From: Nitrospinaceae bacterium
Lineage (GTDB): Bacteria; Nitrospinota; Nitrospinia; Nitrospinales; VA-1
NCBI GenBank assembly: GCA_046754465.1
Contig: JBHHVU010000002.1
Location: forward strand, 32,001 to 96,000
DNA length: 64,000 bases
Direction of reading: 5' to 3'
Part shown: piece after piece, positions 9,822 through 19,796 of the stretch
Position numbering within the stretch: position 1 is the stretch's first letter
Layout of the letters: every line of letters starts with the position of its first letter
The notes under the pieces: model-generated
Databases searched by the model: none
Seen by the model: only the letters and a program-made list of their open reading frames with translations
Told to the model about the DNA's origin: nothing
Translations under genes and position numbers: made by a program

Positions 9822-10766
9822 TCAGGGATAGATTTTTTCGTTTTTCTCGTCCGGCGGGCGGGTTTTCCAGCGGCGGTGGCCCCACATCCAGGGTTCGGGA
9901 TGTTTCCGGATAACGGATTCGATGAACTTTTCGCATTCCTGGGTCCAGTTCAAAATGTCGGTTACCTTATTCCCGGTTTTTTCGAGTTTGAGTTCCGGCC
10001 CGTATTCCAGGGTATAGGTTCCCATCGGCCCGGGATGGGCGAACAGGGGCAGAATCGGGGTGCCCAGGCGATAACTCAACAGAGCCACCGACCGGGGAGT
10101 GGCGGCCTTTTTCCCAAAAAACTCAACAAATACTCCTCCCCGGGCCGTATTCTGGTCCATCATCACTGCGACGCAGGTATTGTTTTTCAAGGCCCGGGCG
10201 ATTTTTAGCGGCGACTCCTCCCGGTAAAAAATGCCGTTGCCCGAAACCGCTCTGAATTCGCGGGCCGCCTTTTCCAGATAAGGATTGTCCAGCCGCCGCA
10301 CGATGGAATCCAGATGAGCCATCCCCAGGATTCCGTGATAAATTCCCAACGCTTCCCAGTTGCCGTAGTGCGCGGTCAGGAAAAACACTCCCTTTCCCCG
10401 GCCAAGGCATTCTTTTAACAGGTCCAGCCCCCGGGGTTCTTTCGCGAACAATTCCCGGATGCGGGTTTCGGGGTGGCGTTTCAGCCAAAGGCATTGCAGG
10501 GCTGAGACGGCCAATCGGGAAAACGAGTCCTTTATGACATATTTTTTTTCCGCGGGGGATTTTTCATCCCCATAAGCGATGTGAAGGTTGGCCAGGGCGA
10601 TTCGATATCTCTTGCCGCGGAGATGGTAGGGGATTCTTCCCAAAAGCTGGCCAAGCCCGTAAACGCCGCGCAAGGAAAGAAAGGAAACGAAAAATGAAAT
10701 GATCTGGAACAGGGCGTATTCGGCCAGGTGCCTGAATTTGGACGCGGGTCCCCGTTTCTTTTTCAT
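9822..10766 (-). CDS. Lipid A biosynthesis lauroyl/myristoyl acyltransferase (LpxL/HtrB family)
   Basis: 'TAHYGNWE', 'MDQN', 'PEPWMWGHRRWK'. Start placed at MKKKRG; the ORF extends to 10811. Confidence 0.88.
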   Translation of the reverse strand: MKKKRGPASKFRHLAEYALFQIISFFVSFLSLRGVYGLGQLLGRIPYHLRGKRYRIALANLHIAYGDEKSPAEKKYVIKDSFSRLAVSALQCLWLKRHPETRIRELFAKEPRGLDLLKECLGRGKGVFFLTAHYGNWEALGIYHGILGMAHLDSIVRRLDNPYLEKAAREFRAVSGNGIFYREESPLKIARALKNNTCVAVMMDQNTARGGVFVEFFGKKAATPRSVALLSYRLGTPILPLFAHPGPMGTYTLEYGPELKLEKTGNKVTDILNWTQECEKFIESVIRKHPEPWMWGHRRWKTRPPDEKNEKIYP

Positions 10767-10874
10767 GGCCTCACCCGGGGTCGGTCTAGGACGGGGGATG
10801 CCGTTCTCCACCGCAGTTCTCTTTTTTCAAAGAGGGAGGCGCGCCAGGGGGAAAAGGGGAGGGGCCAGAGGTTT

Positions 10875-11252
10875 TTACTGTTCGGCGAGGGCATGGGCGA
10901 TGGCGTACTCCTTTTCATGGGAAATGGAAATATGAATGGTTTTAAGGTTCAATCGATCGAAATTTTCCCGCGCCTTGCCGGAAACGTTGAGGAAAGGTTT
11001 TCCCGTATCCTTCAGGAGCACTTCAATGTCTTTCCAGCCTATTCCCTGGTCCATGCCCAGGCCGAGACATTTCATGACTGCTTCCTTGACGGCGAAACGG
11101 GCGGCGAAATGCCTCGCCGGTTCGGCCCGGGAACGGCAGTAGTCGATCTCTCCCGGGGTAAAAATTTTATTTTGGAACCGTTCGGAATATTTTTCCAGCG
11201 ATCTCCTAATACGGGCGATTTCCACGATGTCCACTCCTGTGCCGTAAATCAT
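10875..11252 (-). CDS. acpS: Holo-[acyl-carrier-protein] synthase
   Basis: 'GTGVDIVEIARI', 'ARFAVKEAVMKCLG', 'ISISHE'. Confidence 0.95.
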   Translation of the reverse strand: MIYGTGVDIVEIARIRRSLEKYSERFQNKIFTPGEIDYCRSRAEPARHFAARFAVKEAVMKCLGLGMDQGIGWKDIEVLLKDTGKPFLNVSGKARENFDRLNLKTIHISISHEKEYAIAHALAEQ

Positions 11253-11343
11253 AATGATTGCCTTGGGCTTGCAGCCGGTCCCCCCGCCGGAGCCCCCAAG
11301 GGGCGCGGTGAACCTTGGATCTTCTCTTTCGCGGGAGATCGTT

Positions 11344-12003
11344 TCATGTCATCGTGAGGCACCGGACCCCGGTGACCGATTCGATTCGCTCTTTCGACAC
11401 GGCACCCTCGCGAATGACCAGGGGCGGAGTGAGGGTGGTGTCGAGTATGGTCGATGGCTTTCCCCCGGGGGTGATGCCCCCGTCGATGAGCAGGTCCACC
11501 TGCGACCCCAGAACGGCCCTCACCCTTTGCGCGGTCATGATATTTCCCGACCCGCTGATATTGGCGCTGGTCGCGGTTAGGGGAAACCCGATTCCGGACA
11601 AAAGTTTTTGGGTGATATCGTTGCCGGGTTGCCGGACCCCGATTTTACCCGTGTTTGCGGTCAGGGAAGGGGGCAGGTGGGGCAGGGCCTTCAGGACAAG
11701 AGTCAGCGGCCCGGGCCAGAAATTTTCCATCAATATTTCCGAGACCTGGGTGATCTCGCTGGCCAGATGTTTCACTTGATGGATGGACCTCACCAGAACC
11801 GGCAGGGCTTTATCCGCGAGGCGATGTTTGATTTTGAAAATCCCCGCCACCGCCTCTTCGTGAAAGGGGTTAGCTCCCAGACCGTAAAAAGTATCCGTGG
11901 GAAAGGCGATCACGCCCCCCAGGTTCAGGACCCTCTTGATCTTGACCAGTTGATCTCGAAATATTTCTTCATTGTGGATATCAATCTTTAGAGTTTCTGG
12001 CAT
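11344..12003 (-). CDS. tsaC: L-threonylcarbamoyladenylate synthase (TsaC/YrdC/Sua5)
   Basis: 'AFPTDTFYGL', 'FWPGPLTLV', 'ATSANISG'. Confidence 0.93.
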   Translation of the reverse strand: MPETLKIDIHNEEIFRDQLVKIKRVLNLGGVIAFPTDTFYGLGANPFHEEAVAGIFKIKHRLADKALPVLVRSIHQVKHLASEITQVSEILMENFWPGPLTLVLKALPHLPPSLTANTGKIGVRQPGNDITQKLLSGIGFPLTATSANISGSGNIMTAQRVRAVLGSQVDLLIDGGITPGGKPSTILDTTLTPPLVIREGAVSKERIESVTGVRCLTMT

Positions 12004-12499
12004 GGGCGGATTTTATTTTTCGGCTTTGAATTTCCACCTCTTTGGCTTGATATTTTTTGTATTGGAGCAGTTTCGAATGGAGTTTGTGATCTTCGAGGGC
12101 GAGAATCTGGACGGCGAGGAGTCCGGCGTTTCTGGCGCCCGATTTTCCGATTCCCATGGAAGCCACGGGCACGCCGCTGGGCATCTGCGCCGTGGAAAGC
12201 AGCGCATCCAGGCCCTGGAGAGGGCTCGAGTCGATCGGTACGCCGATCACCGGAAGAGTGCTTTCCGAGGCGAGCGCCCCCGCGAGGTGGGCCGCTCCGC
12301 CCGCTCCCGCGACCAGCACACGTATGCCGCGTTTTTTCGCGTTCCTCGCATAGGTCCGCGCCCGGGCGGGAGAACGGTGCGCCGAGGCCACCAAGATTTC
12401 GTGTCCGATGCTGAACTGCTTGAGAATTTTGCCGGTCTCCTCCATCACTTCTAAATCCGAATCACTTCCCATGATGATGCCGACCAGTGGATTTTCCAA
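11981..12499 (-). CDS. purE: N5-CAIR mutase
   Basis: 'IIMGSDSD', 'SAHRSP', 'AGGAAHLAG'; TTG start following an AGGAG RBS. Confidence 0.95.
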   Translation of the reverse strand: MENPLVGIIMGSDSDLEVMEETGKILKQFSIGHEILVASAHRSPARARTYARNAKKRGIRVLVAGAGGAAHLAGALASESTLPVIGVPIDSSPLQGLDALLSTAQMPSGVPVASMGIGKSGARNAGLLAVQILALEDHKLHSKLLQYKKYQAKEVEIQSRKIKSAHARNSKD

Positions 12500-12645
12500 T
12501 TGTGACTTTCTCCTGATGAGGGTTTCGGGTGAACGGCGTTTTGGGGACAATGAGAGAATTTCTTATAACAAGTTTTTTCGCGGGGATCAAGGCAGGACTG
12601 AGAACCGTCGCGGAAACCCGCGGTTGACGGGAGGGGGGAATGGGT

Positions 12646-13875
12646 TCAAACCGGCTCCCGGGCGGAGCCACGTTTGCCAAGTTGGATTTCGGGAATGAGC
12701 ATGACCGTTGCCAACACCATCATCCCGGCGGACAGAAGACCGATGTTGACAGGACCGATCTGGTCGATCGCCCAGTACCCGATTAGGGGGCCTAGGGTTC
12801 CTCGTATTCCGGTCAGGAAAACGTGGACGGACATGTAGGCGGCGGTTTTGCCTGGTGGGGCGTATTTCGTGACCCAAAGGTTCCAGGCGATGCTCCCGCC
12901 CGCAAAGGAAAAGCCGATCAGGGCCGCGCCCATGCCGATGACCCAGGGATTTCCGGTGATGAAAAAGGACCCCACCCCCGCGGCGAACAAAATGTTCAGC
13001 ACCATCCTCAAGACCACGAAATTCATGGTGTCGAACAGCTTCGCCCAGAAAGGGATGAACAGCATCCGCATCGTATCGGGAATGACCGTGATGATGAGGG
13101 CCACCAGCACGGCCGAGCCCTCGATGCCGTAGGTGGAGGAGGTCACGTATTCCACCCGCAGGGGAAGGGTCCACAGATTGGCGAAACCCATGATGAACCA
13201 GGTCACCAAGACATAGCCGAACGAACGGTCCCGGATCACGTATTTGAGGTTGGCGAACGGGTTTGTGTGAAGATTCCCCTCGATCGGGGAAGAGGGCATC
13301 GAGTAAATCGCATAGGCTTTCCCCAGACCGCAGAGCCCGAGAAAAGTGAACAGCCAGTGAAAATGGCCGAGGTCCAATTGTAAAAGCGAGGAGCCCACGA
13401 AGCCGAATCCGGCCGAGACCCCCACGGTCAGGATGAGGGACCGGGAAAAATAGGTTCCGCGTTGGCGGGGAGGATAATTGTCCCCGTAAATATCCGTCAG
13501 AAAGGGGAGCAGGGCGCTTCGGCAGATATATCCCACGATAACGAAGAAGGCGAACCCCTCCGCGAAGGGCACCCAGGCCGCCAGCAAAAGGCAGAGTCCC
13601 GTCACTGTCGCGGGCAGGGCTCCCCATAAGGATTTCCGCCATCGCGACCCCTCGGCGTGGTGGACCAGGATCAGGGAAAGAAACATTCCCATGAAAGGCG
13701 CCGAGGCAATCAGGGATTTGACCGTTTCTCCCGCGTGGTAGTATCGGATGGCGATGAAAAGGCAAAAGGTTTGGGCTCCGGTGGAAAGAACCCCTTCAAA
13801 TCCTCCCCGCCACAGGTCGTAGCGGTACGTTTTCAGGGTTACGTCCGCGTCTAAAAGAGATGAGTTTTCTTGCAC
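12646..13875 (-). CDS. MFS-type transporter, substrate unknown
   Basis: 409 aa with about 12 hydrophobic segments in two halves. Confidence 0.8.
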   Translation of the reverse strand: MQENSSLLDADVTLKTYRYDLWRGGFEGVLSTGAQTFCLFIAIRYYHAGETVKSLIASAPFMGMFLSLILVHHAEGSRWRKSLWGALPATVTGLCLLLAAWVPFAEGFAFFVIVGYICRSALLPFLTDIYGDNYPPRQRGTYFSRSLILTVGVSAGFGFVGSSLLQLDLGHFHWLFTFLGLCGLGKAYAIYSMPSSPIEGNLHTNPFANLKYVIRDRSFGYVLVTWFIMGFANLWTLPLRVEYVTSSTYGIEGSAVLVALIITVIPDTMRMLFIPFWAKLFDTMNFVVLRMVLNILFAAGVGSFFITGNPWVIGMGAALIGFSFAGGSIAWNLWVTKYAPPGKTAAYMSVHVFLTGIRGTLGPLIGYWAIDQIGPVNIGLLSAGMMVLATVMLIPEIQLGKRGSAREPV

Positions 13876-14035
13876 TATTTATAGTATGTTAGAAAAAGGC
13901 CGGGCCTGGAAAACGCTGGAAAGGACCGAAAACGAATTTTCCTGGAAACAGGCGGGAATCCTGGAATTCCGCGGGTGAAACAATCGATCGTCCGTGGCGG
14001 GGAAACCCTCGGCGGACCTTGGGAATGATTCAGGA

Positions 14036-14500
14036 TCAGTTCAATTTGGCCCGGCAGCGCGCGATATATCCACGATTGACGTCGGCGTGAGGCTGGATCC
14101 TGCAGGCCATTACAAAACTTTTCATCGCCTGGTCATACCGGGCCAGTTTGTACAGGCCCATGCCCATCCCGTTCCAGGCCCCGAAATGGTGGGGATTCAT
14201 TTGCAACGTCAGTTCGCATTCCGCCACCGACTCCGAATACCGGTTCTGGAGAAAGAACACGGTGGCCAGCTTGTTATGCGCTTCGGGAAAATCGGGGTAT
14301 TTTTTGATGAGGCCGGAAAATACCTGTTCCGCTTCCTTCAGGTGTTTCTGGTTCATCAGCGACGTGCCTCGCTGCAGTTCCTGTTCCGCGTGTTCCCCCG
14401 CTTCCCGGTACCACAGGGTCCAAAGCGCCTGGGTGGCATGATTCCGGGTGGCGGGATCCGAACTTTTAAGGTCATTCAATAACAGTTGAGTTTTATCCAT
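14036..14500 (-). CDS. Tetratricopeptide repeat protein
   Basis: TPR-like 'PDFPEAHNKLATVFF' and 'PHHFGAWNGMG'. Confidence 0.85.
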   Translation of the reverse strand: MDKTQLLLNDLKSSDPATRNHATQALWTLWYREAGEHAEQELQRGTSLMNQKHLKEAEQVFSGLIKKYPDFPEAHNKLATVFFLQNRYSESVAECELTLQMNPHHFGAWNGMGMGLYKLARYDQAMKSFVMACRIQPHADVNRGYIARCRAKLN

Positions 14501-14693
14501 AACGGGTTTCGTGGAAGAGCCCGGAGACTCCCCGGCAATAAATATCTAGCAAGTGGACCCCAACCGGGTCTTCTTCATTCCGGTATATACTAATTCAAAT
14601 AGAGTCCCTTTGGCAAACTAAGGTATCAAAAACCCGGAAACAGCCAAGAGGTTAGCGGGGCTCCCTCCCTGTTCTGAATTACGGAGGAAGGAA

Positions 14694-15953
14694 TTGTTTG
14701 AGAATTACTCCAACATTCGCCGGGCGGAAATCGTGACCATCGGCAATGAAATCGTGAGCGGGATGATTGCGGACACCAACTCGTGTTATCTCAGTGAACA
14801 TCTGCAAGCGTTCGGGATCGATGTGGTCCGCATCACCGCCGTGGGCGATCGGGAGGAAGAGATCGCCCAGGCGATTCATCAGGCGCTGGAGCGGGTGGAC
14901 CTGGTAATCACCACCGGCGGGCTGGGGTCAACCCACGATGATATCACCAAGCCCGTGCTGGCCCGCCTGTTCGGATGCGGGCTCCGAACGGATGAAAAAG
15001 TCGCCGAAAACCTCGAAAAGTTTTTTAACGCCCGGGGAAAAGCAGTTCCACCCTCGGTCAAGAGCCAGTCGGAAGTTCCGGAGAAGGCGGTGGTTTTATA
15101 CAACGAAAAAGGCACCGCCCCGGGGCTGCTGTTCGAGCAGGGCGGTAAAAAATTATACGCGCTTCCCGGTATTCCGCTCGAGATGGAGCATTTGTTCGAA
15201 AAATTCATTCATCCCGCGAGCGTTTCTGCGGCGAAAAGGATCGTCATCCGCCATCGCATTCTTCACACGACGGGGCTCACGGAGGCGGAGCTGTGGAGGC
15301 GGGTCGGGCCGCTGGAGGCGCTCGAACAACTGGTCACCGTCGCCTCGCTGCCTTCCCATCTCGGGGTCCGGATTCGTCTTTCCGCCTGTGGCAGGGAGGA
15401 TGAAGTCAGCTCCCGGTTGACGGAGGCGGAGAATTGGATGCACGCGCGGGTGGCGGATTATATTTTTGGACGGGACGAGGAAACGCTCGAGGGCCGGGTG
15501 GGTGACCTGCTGAGGGCGAAACAACTCACGCTCTCGGTCGCTGAATCTTGCACCGGCGGCCTGGTCGGGCACCGTTTGACGCAGGTCCCCGGCAGTTCGG
15601 ACTATTTTCTGGAGGGCGCCGTCACTTACAGCAACGATGCCAAGAAAAACCGGCTGGGCGTGGATGAGGCTCTCCTCGCCCGTTTTGGAGCGGTCAGCCG
15701 GGAGGTGGCCCTGGCCATGGCGGAGGGCATACGGCGTTCCTCGGGGGCGGACATCGGTCTGTCGGTGACCGGTATCGCGGGTCCCGCCGGAGGAAGGGAA
15801 GGAAAACCCGTCGGGCTCACCTTCATCGCCGTGAGCGATGAAAAAAATTTGGGCTGTGAAAGATTCGTGTTTCATCAGGACAGAGTGCGTAACAAAGAAC
15901 GTGCGGCCCAGGCGGCCCTCAACCTCCTGCGCCTTCGGCTGATGAAAATTTAA
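14694..15953 (+). CDS. cinA: CinA-like protein (molybdopterin-binding-like domain plus NMN amidohydrolase PncC)
   Basis: 'IGNEIVSG', 'GGLGSTHDDIT', 'AESCTGG', 'TGIAGP'. Confidence 0.93.
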   Translation: MFENYSNIRRAEIVTIGNEIVSGMIADTNSCYLSEHLQAFGIDVVRITAVGDREEEIAQAIHQALERVDLVITTGGLGSTHDDITKPVLARLFGCGLRTDEKVAENLEKFFNARGKAVPPSVKSQSEVPEKAVVLYNEKGTAPGLLFEQGGKKLYALPGIPLEMEHLFEKFIHPASVSAAKRIVIRHRILHTTGLTEAELWRRVGPLEALEQLVTVASLPSHLGVRIRLSACGREDEVSSRLTEAENWMHARVADYIFGRDEETLEGRVGDLLRAKQLTLSVAESCTGGLVGHRLTQVPGSSDYFLEGAVTYSNDAKKNRLGVDEALLARFGAVSREVALAMAEGIRRSSGADIGLSVTGIAGPAGGREGKPVGLTFIAVSDEKNLGCERFVFHQDRVRNKERAAQAALNLLRLRLMKI

Positions 15954-15967
15954 AAGGAGAGATCAAG

Positions 15968-16168
15968 ATGACGTCCATCCCCTGCCGGCAATGCGGAAAG
16001 GACATGGAAAAAGATTCAGCCGGCTGCCCGCATTGCGGGGCGCCCAATAATCCGAATATCCCCCACTATCCTACCTTTGGGGGACCGGGGTGGTTTTGGG
16101 TGATATGGGTCCTTTTCTTATCCCTGATTGTTATCCTCCTCATTTCCATGTTTTCGTTCCGGGACTAG
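15968..16168 (+). CDS. Small zinc-ribbon membrane protein
   Basis: CxxC...CxxC followed by a C-terminal TM helix; AGGAG RBS. Confidence 0.7.
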   Translation: MTSIPCRQCGKDMEKDSAGCPHCGAPNNPNIPHYPTFGGPGWFWVIWVLFLSLIVILLISMFSFRD

Positions 16169-16241
16169 CCGGCGAGACACAAAAAATCTGGGGATAATTC
16201 CATTGGTCCGGGGGGGCGGGCGGGATCGATCCTCCCACCGT

Positions 16242-16889
16242 TCAATAAGCACTCAACCGTCTGAAGGGCAGAATGAGGAGCATGCCCGCGGCGAAACCAC
16301 CGATATGCGCGAACCAGGCCACACCGGCTCCGCCCGCCGAACTGGCGACGCCGCTGGCGATTTGAATCAAGATCCATATTCCCAGGAGGACGAGGGCCGG
16401 GATGCGGATGATGGTTATAAAAAACCCCAGGAACACCAGGGTCTTGACCCGGGCGAAAGGAAAGAGCACCAGGTAGGCTCCAAGGACTCCTGATATGGCC
16501 CCACTCGCGCCGACCATGGGGATTTGGGATTCCATGTCCGTGGCGATATGTCCGAATGCGGCGATCGTCCCGCAAATCAGATAAAACAAAGTGAACCGGA
16601 ATTTACCCAGAACGTCCTCGATATTGTTCCCGAAGATCCAGAGATACAGCATATTGCCGGCCAAATGCCAAAAACCGGAATGGAGGAACATCGAGGAATA
16701 GATGGTCGGATAGGTATATATGGGGGAATGCACCAGTAGATAGGGCACCAGGCCATAACTCGTGAAAAGGAGGTCGGCAGGCACCGCCAGACTGAAGCCA
16801 TAGAAATAAATAAATATGTTGGCTCCAATTATCAGGAGGGTGATGAGGGGAAAACTCCGAGTGGGATTTTCGTCGCTGAGAGGAATCAT
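16242..16889 (-). CDS. Rhomboid family intramembrane serine protease
   Basis: 'HLAGNMLYLWIFG', 'GASGAISG', 'AHIGGF'. Confidence 0.93.
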   Translation of the reverse strand: MIPLSDENPTRSFPLITLLIIGANIFIYFYGFSLAVPADLLFTSYGLVPYLLVHSPIYTYPTIYSSMFLHSGFWHLAGNMLYLWIFGNNIEDVLGKFRFTLFYLICGTIAAFGHIATDMESQIPMVGASGAISGVLGAYLVLFPFARVKTLVFLGFFITIIRIPALVLLGIWILIQIASGVASSAGGAGVAWFAHIGGFAAGMLLILPFRRLSAY

Positions 16890-17075
16890 CGGTTAAGTTG
16901 AGGTTCTAACAGGAACAATATGATAAAATTGATTCAAAAAAAAACCGATGATTGGAAGCATCGCTGGGCCACCGGCGTTGGACGATATTTCAAATGTCCA
17001 CGAGTTCATGAGGACAAGGGACGGATCCCCCCTCAGTGGGGGAGGGCCTTACCCTGATTATAGAGAACCCATTCC

Positions 17076-19481
17076 ATGAGTGAAACAAATGATTTGCCCA
17101 TTCCGAGACCGGACTCGGATGAATCCCCCGTTGTACAACCCAAACTGGATGAATCCCGGGAATGGGTGATCGACACCTACCGCAAACACCAGTTACAGCG
17201 GGTTTCGGCTTGGCTGGACGCATCGCTGGGAGACGGTCCCCGAAGCAAAAATTACCTTCCCCCGGTGTTGCTCGACACCAACCCGATCCGCCACCGGCAA
17301 AGCCTCATGGAGCAGGTGTTCCCCTCTCCGCGAATCATCCATGAAAATCTTCTGGAGGTGGACCGGCTCAAGATCATGATCCTGGCCGGTTGGGGAATGG
17401 GAAAGACTACCTTCCTGAAACTATATCAGGAAACGCTGCTCCAGGAACCTCCCCATCCGGTCTATTCGCTGCCGGTTTATTTTCACCTGGGCCATCTGCC
17501 CGAGGGGACAGGATTGGCCCGGTTCCTGGAATTCTCGTGCCGGGAAATACGCGAGGTGGTTCTTCTGGAAAAGGAGGAATCGCCCGAGCTGGAACTGGAC
17601 GAGGAATGCCTGATGCGGACCATCGAGTCGATCGCCCGGGCCAGTAAAATCATTTATCTGTTGGACGGCATCGACCAGCTTCATTCCGAGGACCGGTTCC
17701 AGGTCTATTTGGATACCTTTATCGAGGACCGGACCTTTCGAAGCAATTTCATGATCATGATCAGCCGTCCGTTCGATCTGGGATCTCTCGCCACCGACTC
17801 CGTGGTCAGGAAAGGACAGGACGCGGGTTTTCAAATCGAGTTTCAACGGATTGAAGAAAAAGAACGCAACCGGTTCCTGGGAGAAGCTCATAAAAACCCC
17901 GTGCTCCGCCGGCTATACCCCTACTCCCCCGAACTCCTCGATACCCCCCTATTGTTGAGAATGATCCGCACCCTTTCCGATCACGGGCTATTGGACGATG
18001 TGGGCAACCGGGGGGATATTTATACGGCCTGGTTTTCCCATATCCTGGATGTGGTCCAACCCGAAAGCGATCCGCAAGGGGCCGAAAAATATTTTCGGGG
18101 GTTGATGGATCTGTCGTTTGGATTGATGGAATCGGGCCAGGCGCAACGGTTCCAAACGGTGGAGACCGGGTTCGGCAAGGAGGCCCTGGTCCAGGACCCC
18201 AAATTCACGTTTCTGGAGAATGATGATATCCCACCGGCCCTGGACGGGGTGCTGCAGAAATCCGGCACGCGCTGGGAATACCGGCATCCTTCCTTCCAGG
18301 AATATCTCGCCGCGCGGGCTTTGGCCGCGCGTCCCGATTGGAAAAAGATCGTCCGCGTTCATTGCCGCGATGAGAAATGGGAAGAGGTGATTAAATTTTT
18401 GTCGGGCATGGTTTCCGGCGCCGAATTGTATGAGATTCTTCTGGAGGAGGGGGCGGTTTTTCTCGCGGGCCATTGTCTGGGGGAGGTCCGGGAATTGCCC
18501 GAGGACCAAAGGCTGTTGACCGGGCACTTGTTGAAGTACCAGTGCAAGGAGGCTTATCCGCAGTTTGCCCGCTGCCGGTTGATCAAGACCACCGATGTGA
18601 CCGGCGCCGTCGACCGCCCCATTCTCCAAGCTTATCTGGCCCGCTTGCTCAATCGGGAAAAAAGAGACAGCCGGATTCTTTTTGCCACCCTCGAACTGGT
18701 GCTGGCCCTGCATGGGAAAGATATCCATGAACTGAAGGACGCACAGAATTTCGCCCCCCTGAACGGCCTGGAGGAACTTGCGGAATTTCTTGGAGAAGCC
18801 CGGAATCCGCGGCGGGTCGATATGGGTAAGGTGAACCGGTGGGGCGAAATGGTCACCGTTCCCGCGGGAAAGTTCATTTACCAGGAAGAGGAGGATGAAG
18901 AGGACCAGATCAATCTGCGGGAATATTCCATCATGAAGTACCCGGTGACCAACGCCTTGTTTCAGGAGTTCGATCCGAATCACCGGACCCGGTTCCCAAA
19001 ATATTCCAGCCGGGAAGACCAGCCGGTGATTGGCATCAATTATTATGAGGCGCTGGTCTTTTCCATTTGGTTTGGGAAACGTCTGCCGCTTGAAAAGGAA
19101 TGGGAAAAAGCCGCCCGGGGAGTGGACGGCAGGGATTATCCTTGGGGAGAAGCTCAGGGCTACCAAAGTGGGTACACCAACACCTGTGATTTTATGTTGG
19201 GACAAACCAGCCCGGTTACGGAATTTGAAAAGGGTTCCTCTCCCTACGGCTGTTTCGATATGTCCGGAAACGTCTGGGAGTGGTGCGTCCAGCTCCATGC
19301 TTCCAAACACACCACCCAGCAAATGGTTCGGGGTGGTTCGTGGCTCAATTACATGGTCCATTCCAAATGCAAGTTTCGTAATGCCTTTGATCCTTCCGAA
19401 CGTTACCCCGCCGTGGGCTTCCGGTGCGTTTCCGGTCCCCAGTTCACCGAAATCGAGGAAGAGGACCCCGACGGTGAATAA
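17076..19481 (+). CDS. NACHT (STAND) NTPase fused to a C-terminal FGE-sulfatase/SUMF1 domain
   Basis: Walker A 'AGWGMGKTT', Walker B 'IIYLLDGIDQ', 'HPSFQEYLAA'; C-terminal 'EWEKAARG..YPWG' and 'DMSGNVWEW'. Confidence 0.85.
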   Translation: MSETNDLPIPRPDSDESPVVQPKLDESREWVIDTYRKHQLQRVSAWLDASLGDGPRSKNYLPPVLLDTNPIRHRQSLMEQVFPSPRIIHENLLEVDRLKIMILAGWGMGKTTFLKLYQETLLQEPPHPVYSLPVYFHLGHLPEGTGLARFLEFSCREIREVVLLEKEESPELELDEECLMRTIESIARASKIIYLLDGIDQLHSEDRFQVYLDTFIEDRTFRSNFMIMISRPFDLGSLATDSVVRKGQDAGFQIEFQRIEEKERNRFLGEAHKNPVLRRLYPYSPELLDTPLLLRMIRTLSDHGLLDDVGNRGDIYTAWFSHILDVVQPESDPQGAEKYFRGLMDLSFGLMESGQAQRFQTVETGFGKEALVQDPKFTFLENDDIPPALDGVLQKSGTRWEYRHPSFQEYLAARALAARPDWKKIVRVHCRDEKWEEVIKFLSGMVSGAELYEILLEEGAVFLAGHCLGEVRELPEDQRLLTGHLLKYQCKEAYPQFARCRLIKTTDVTGAVDRPILQAYLARLLNREKRDSRILFATLELVLALHGKDIHELKDAQNFAPLNGLEELAEFLGEARNPRRVDMGKVNRWGEMVTVPAGKFIYQEEEDEEDQINLREYSIMKYPVTNALFQEFDPNHRTRFPKYSSREDQPVIGINYYEALVFSIWFGKRLPLEKEWEKAARGVDGRDYPWGEAQGYQSGYTNTCDFMLGQTSPVTEFEKGSSPYGCFDMSGNVWEWCVQLHASKHTTQQMVRGGSWLNYMVHSKCKFRNAFDPSERYPAVGFRCVSGPQFTEIEEEDPDGE

Positions 19482-19599
19482 TCCGATTCCCGAACTCCAT
19501 CCCGGGAATTCCGATAAAAATTCTTTCCAGTCTCCTCCCCCCATAGGATTTGAAAAACCGTGACTAACCCGCGCCAGGTTGCAGGGAATAAAGTTTTCC

Positions 19600-19628
19600 T
19601 TGACACTCAATGATTGAGTTTTTATCAT
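19600..19628 (+). promoter_or_regulatory. sigma70-type promoter with a palindromic operator in the spacer
   Basis: TTGACA-17 nt-TATCAT; palindrome ACTCAAT-G-ATTGAGT at 19605-19619. Confidence 0.7.
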
Positions 19629-19796
19629 AAATTCAAAGACTTAACAAAATCTGGCCGTCCTCTAAGGCACTTTCCCCGGAAAAAAATGCCGGAAATTGAG
19701 TGTTTTTCTGGTTGAAAGTAAATTTCCTTTAATGTCATGCGGCCTGCATACTGATCATTTTGCCTAAACCCCTGTTGGGGCCGGAGGAAAGACTTT

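Noticed and set aside
17988..19628. 546-aa antisense ORF (likewise 4756-6225, 3355-4530, 29652-30662, 58931-60085)
   Set aside because: These overlap well-supported genes on the opposite strand and carry no motifs; they are typical shadow ORFs of GC-rich coding DNA.
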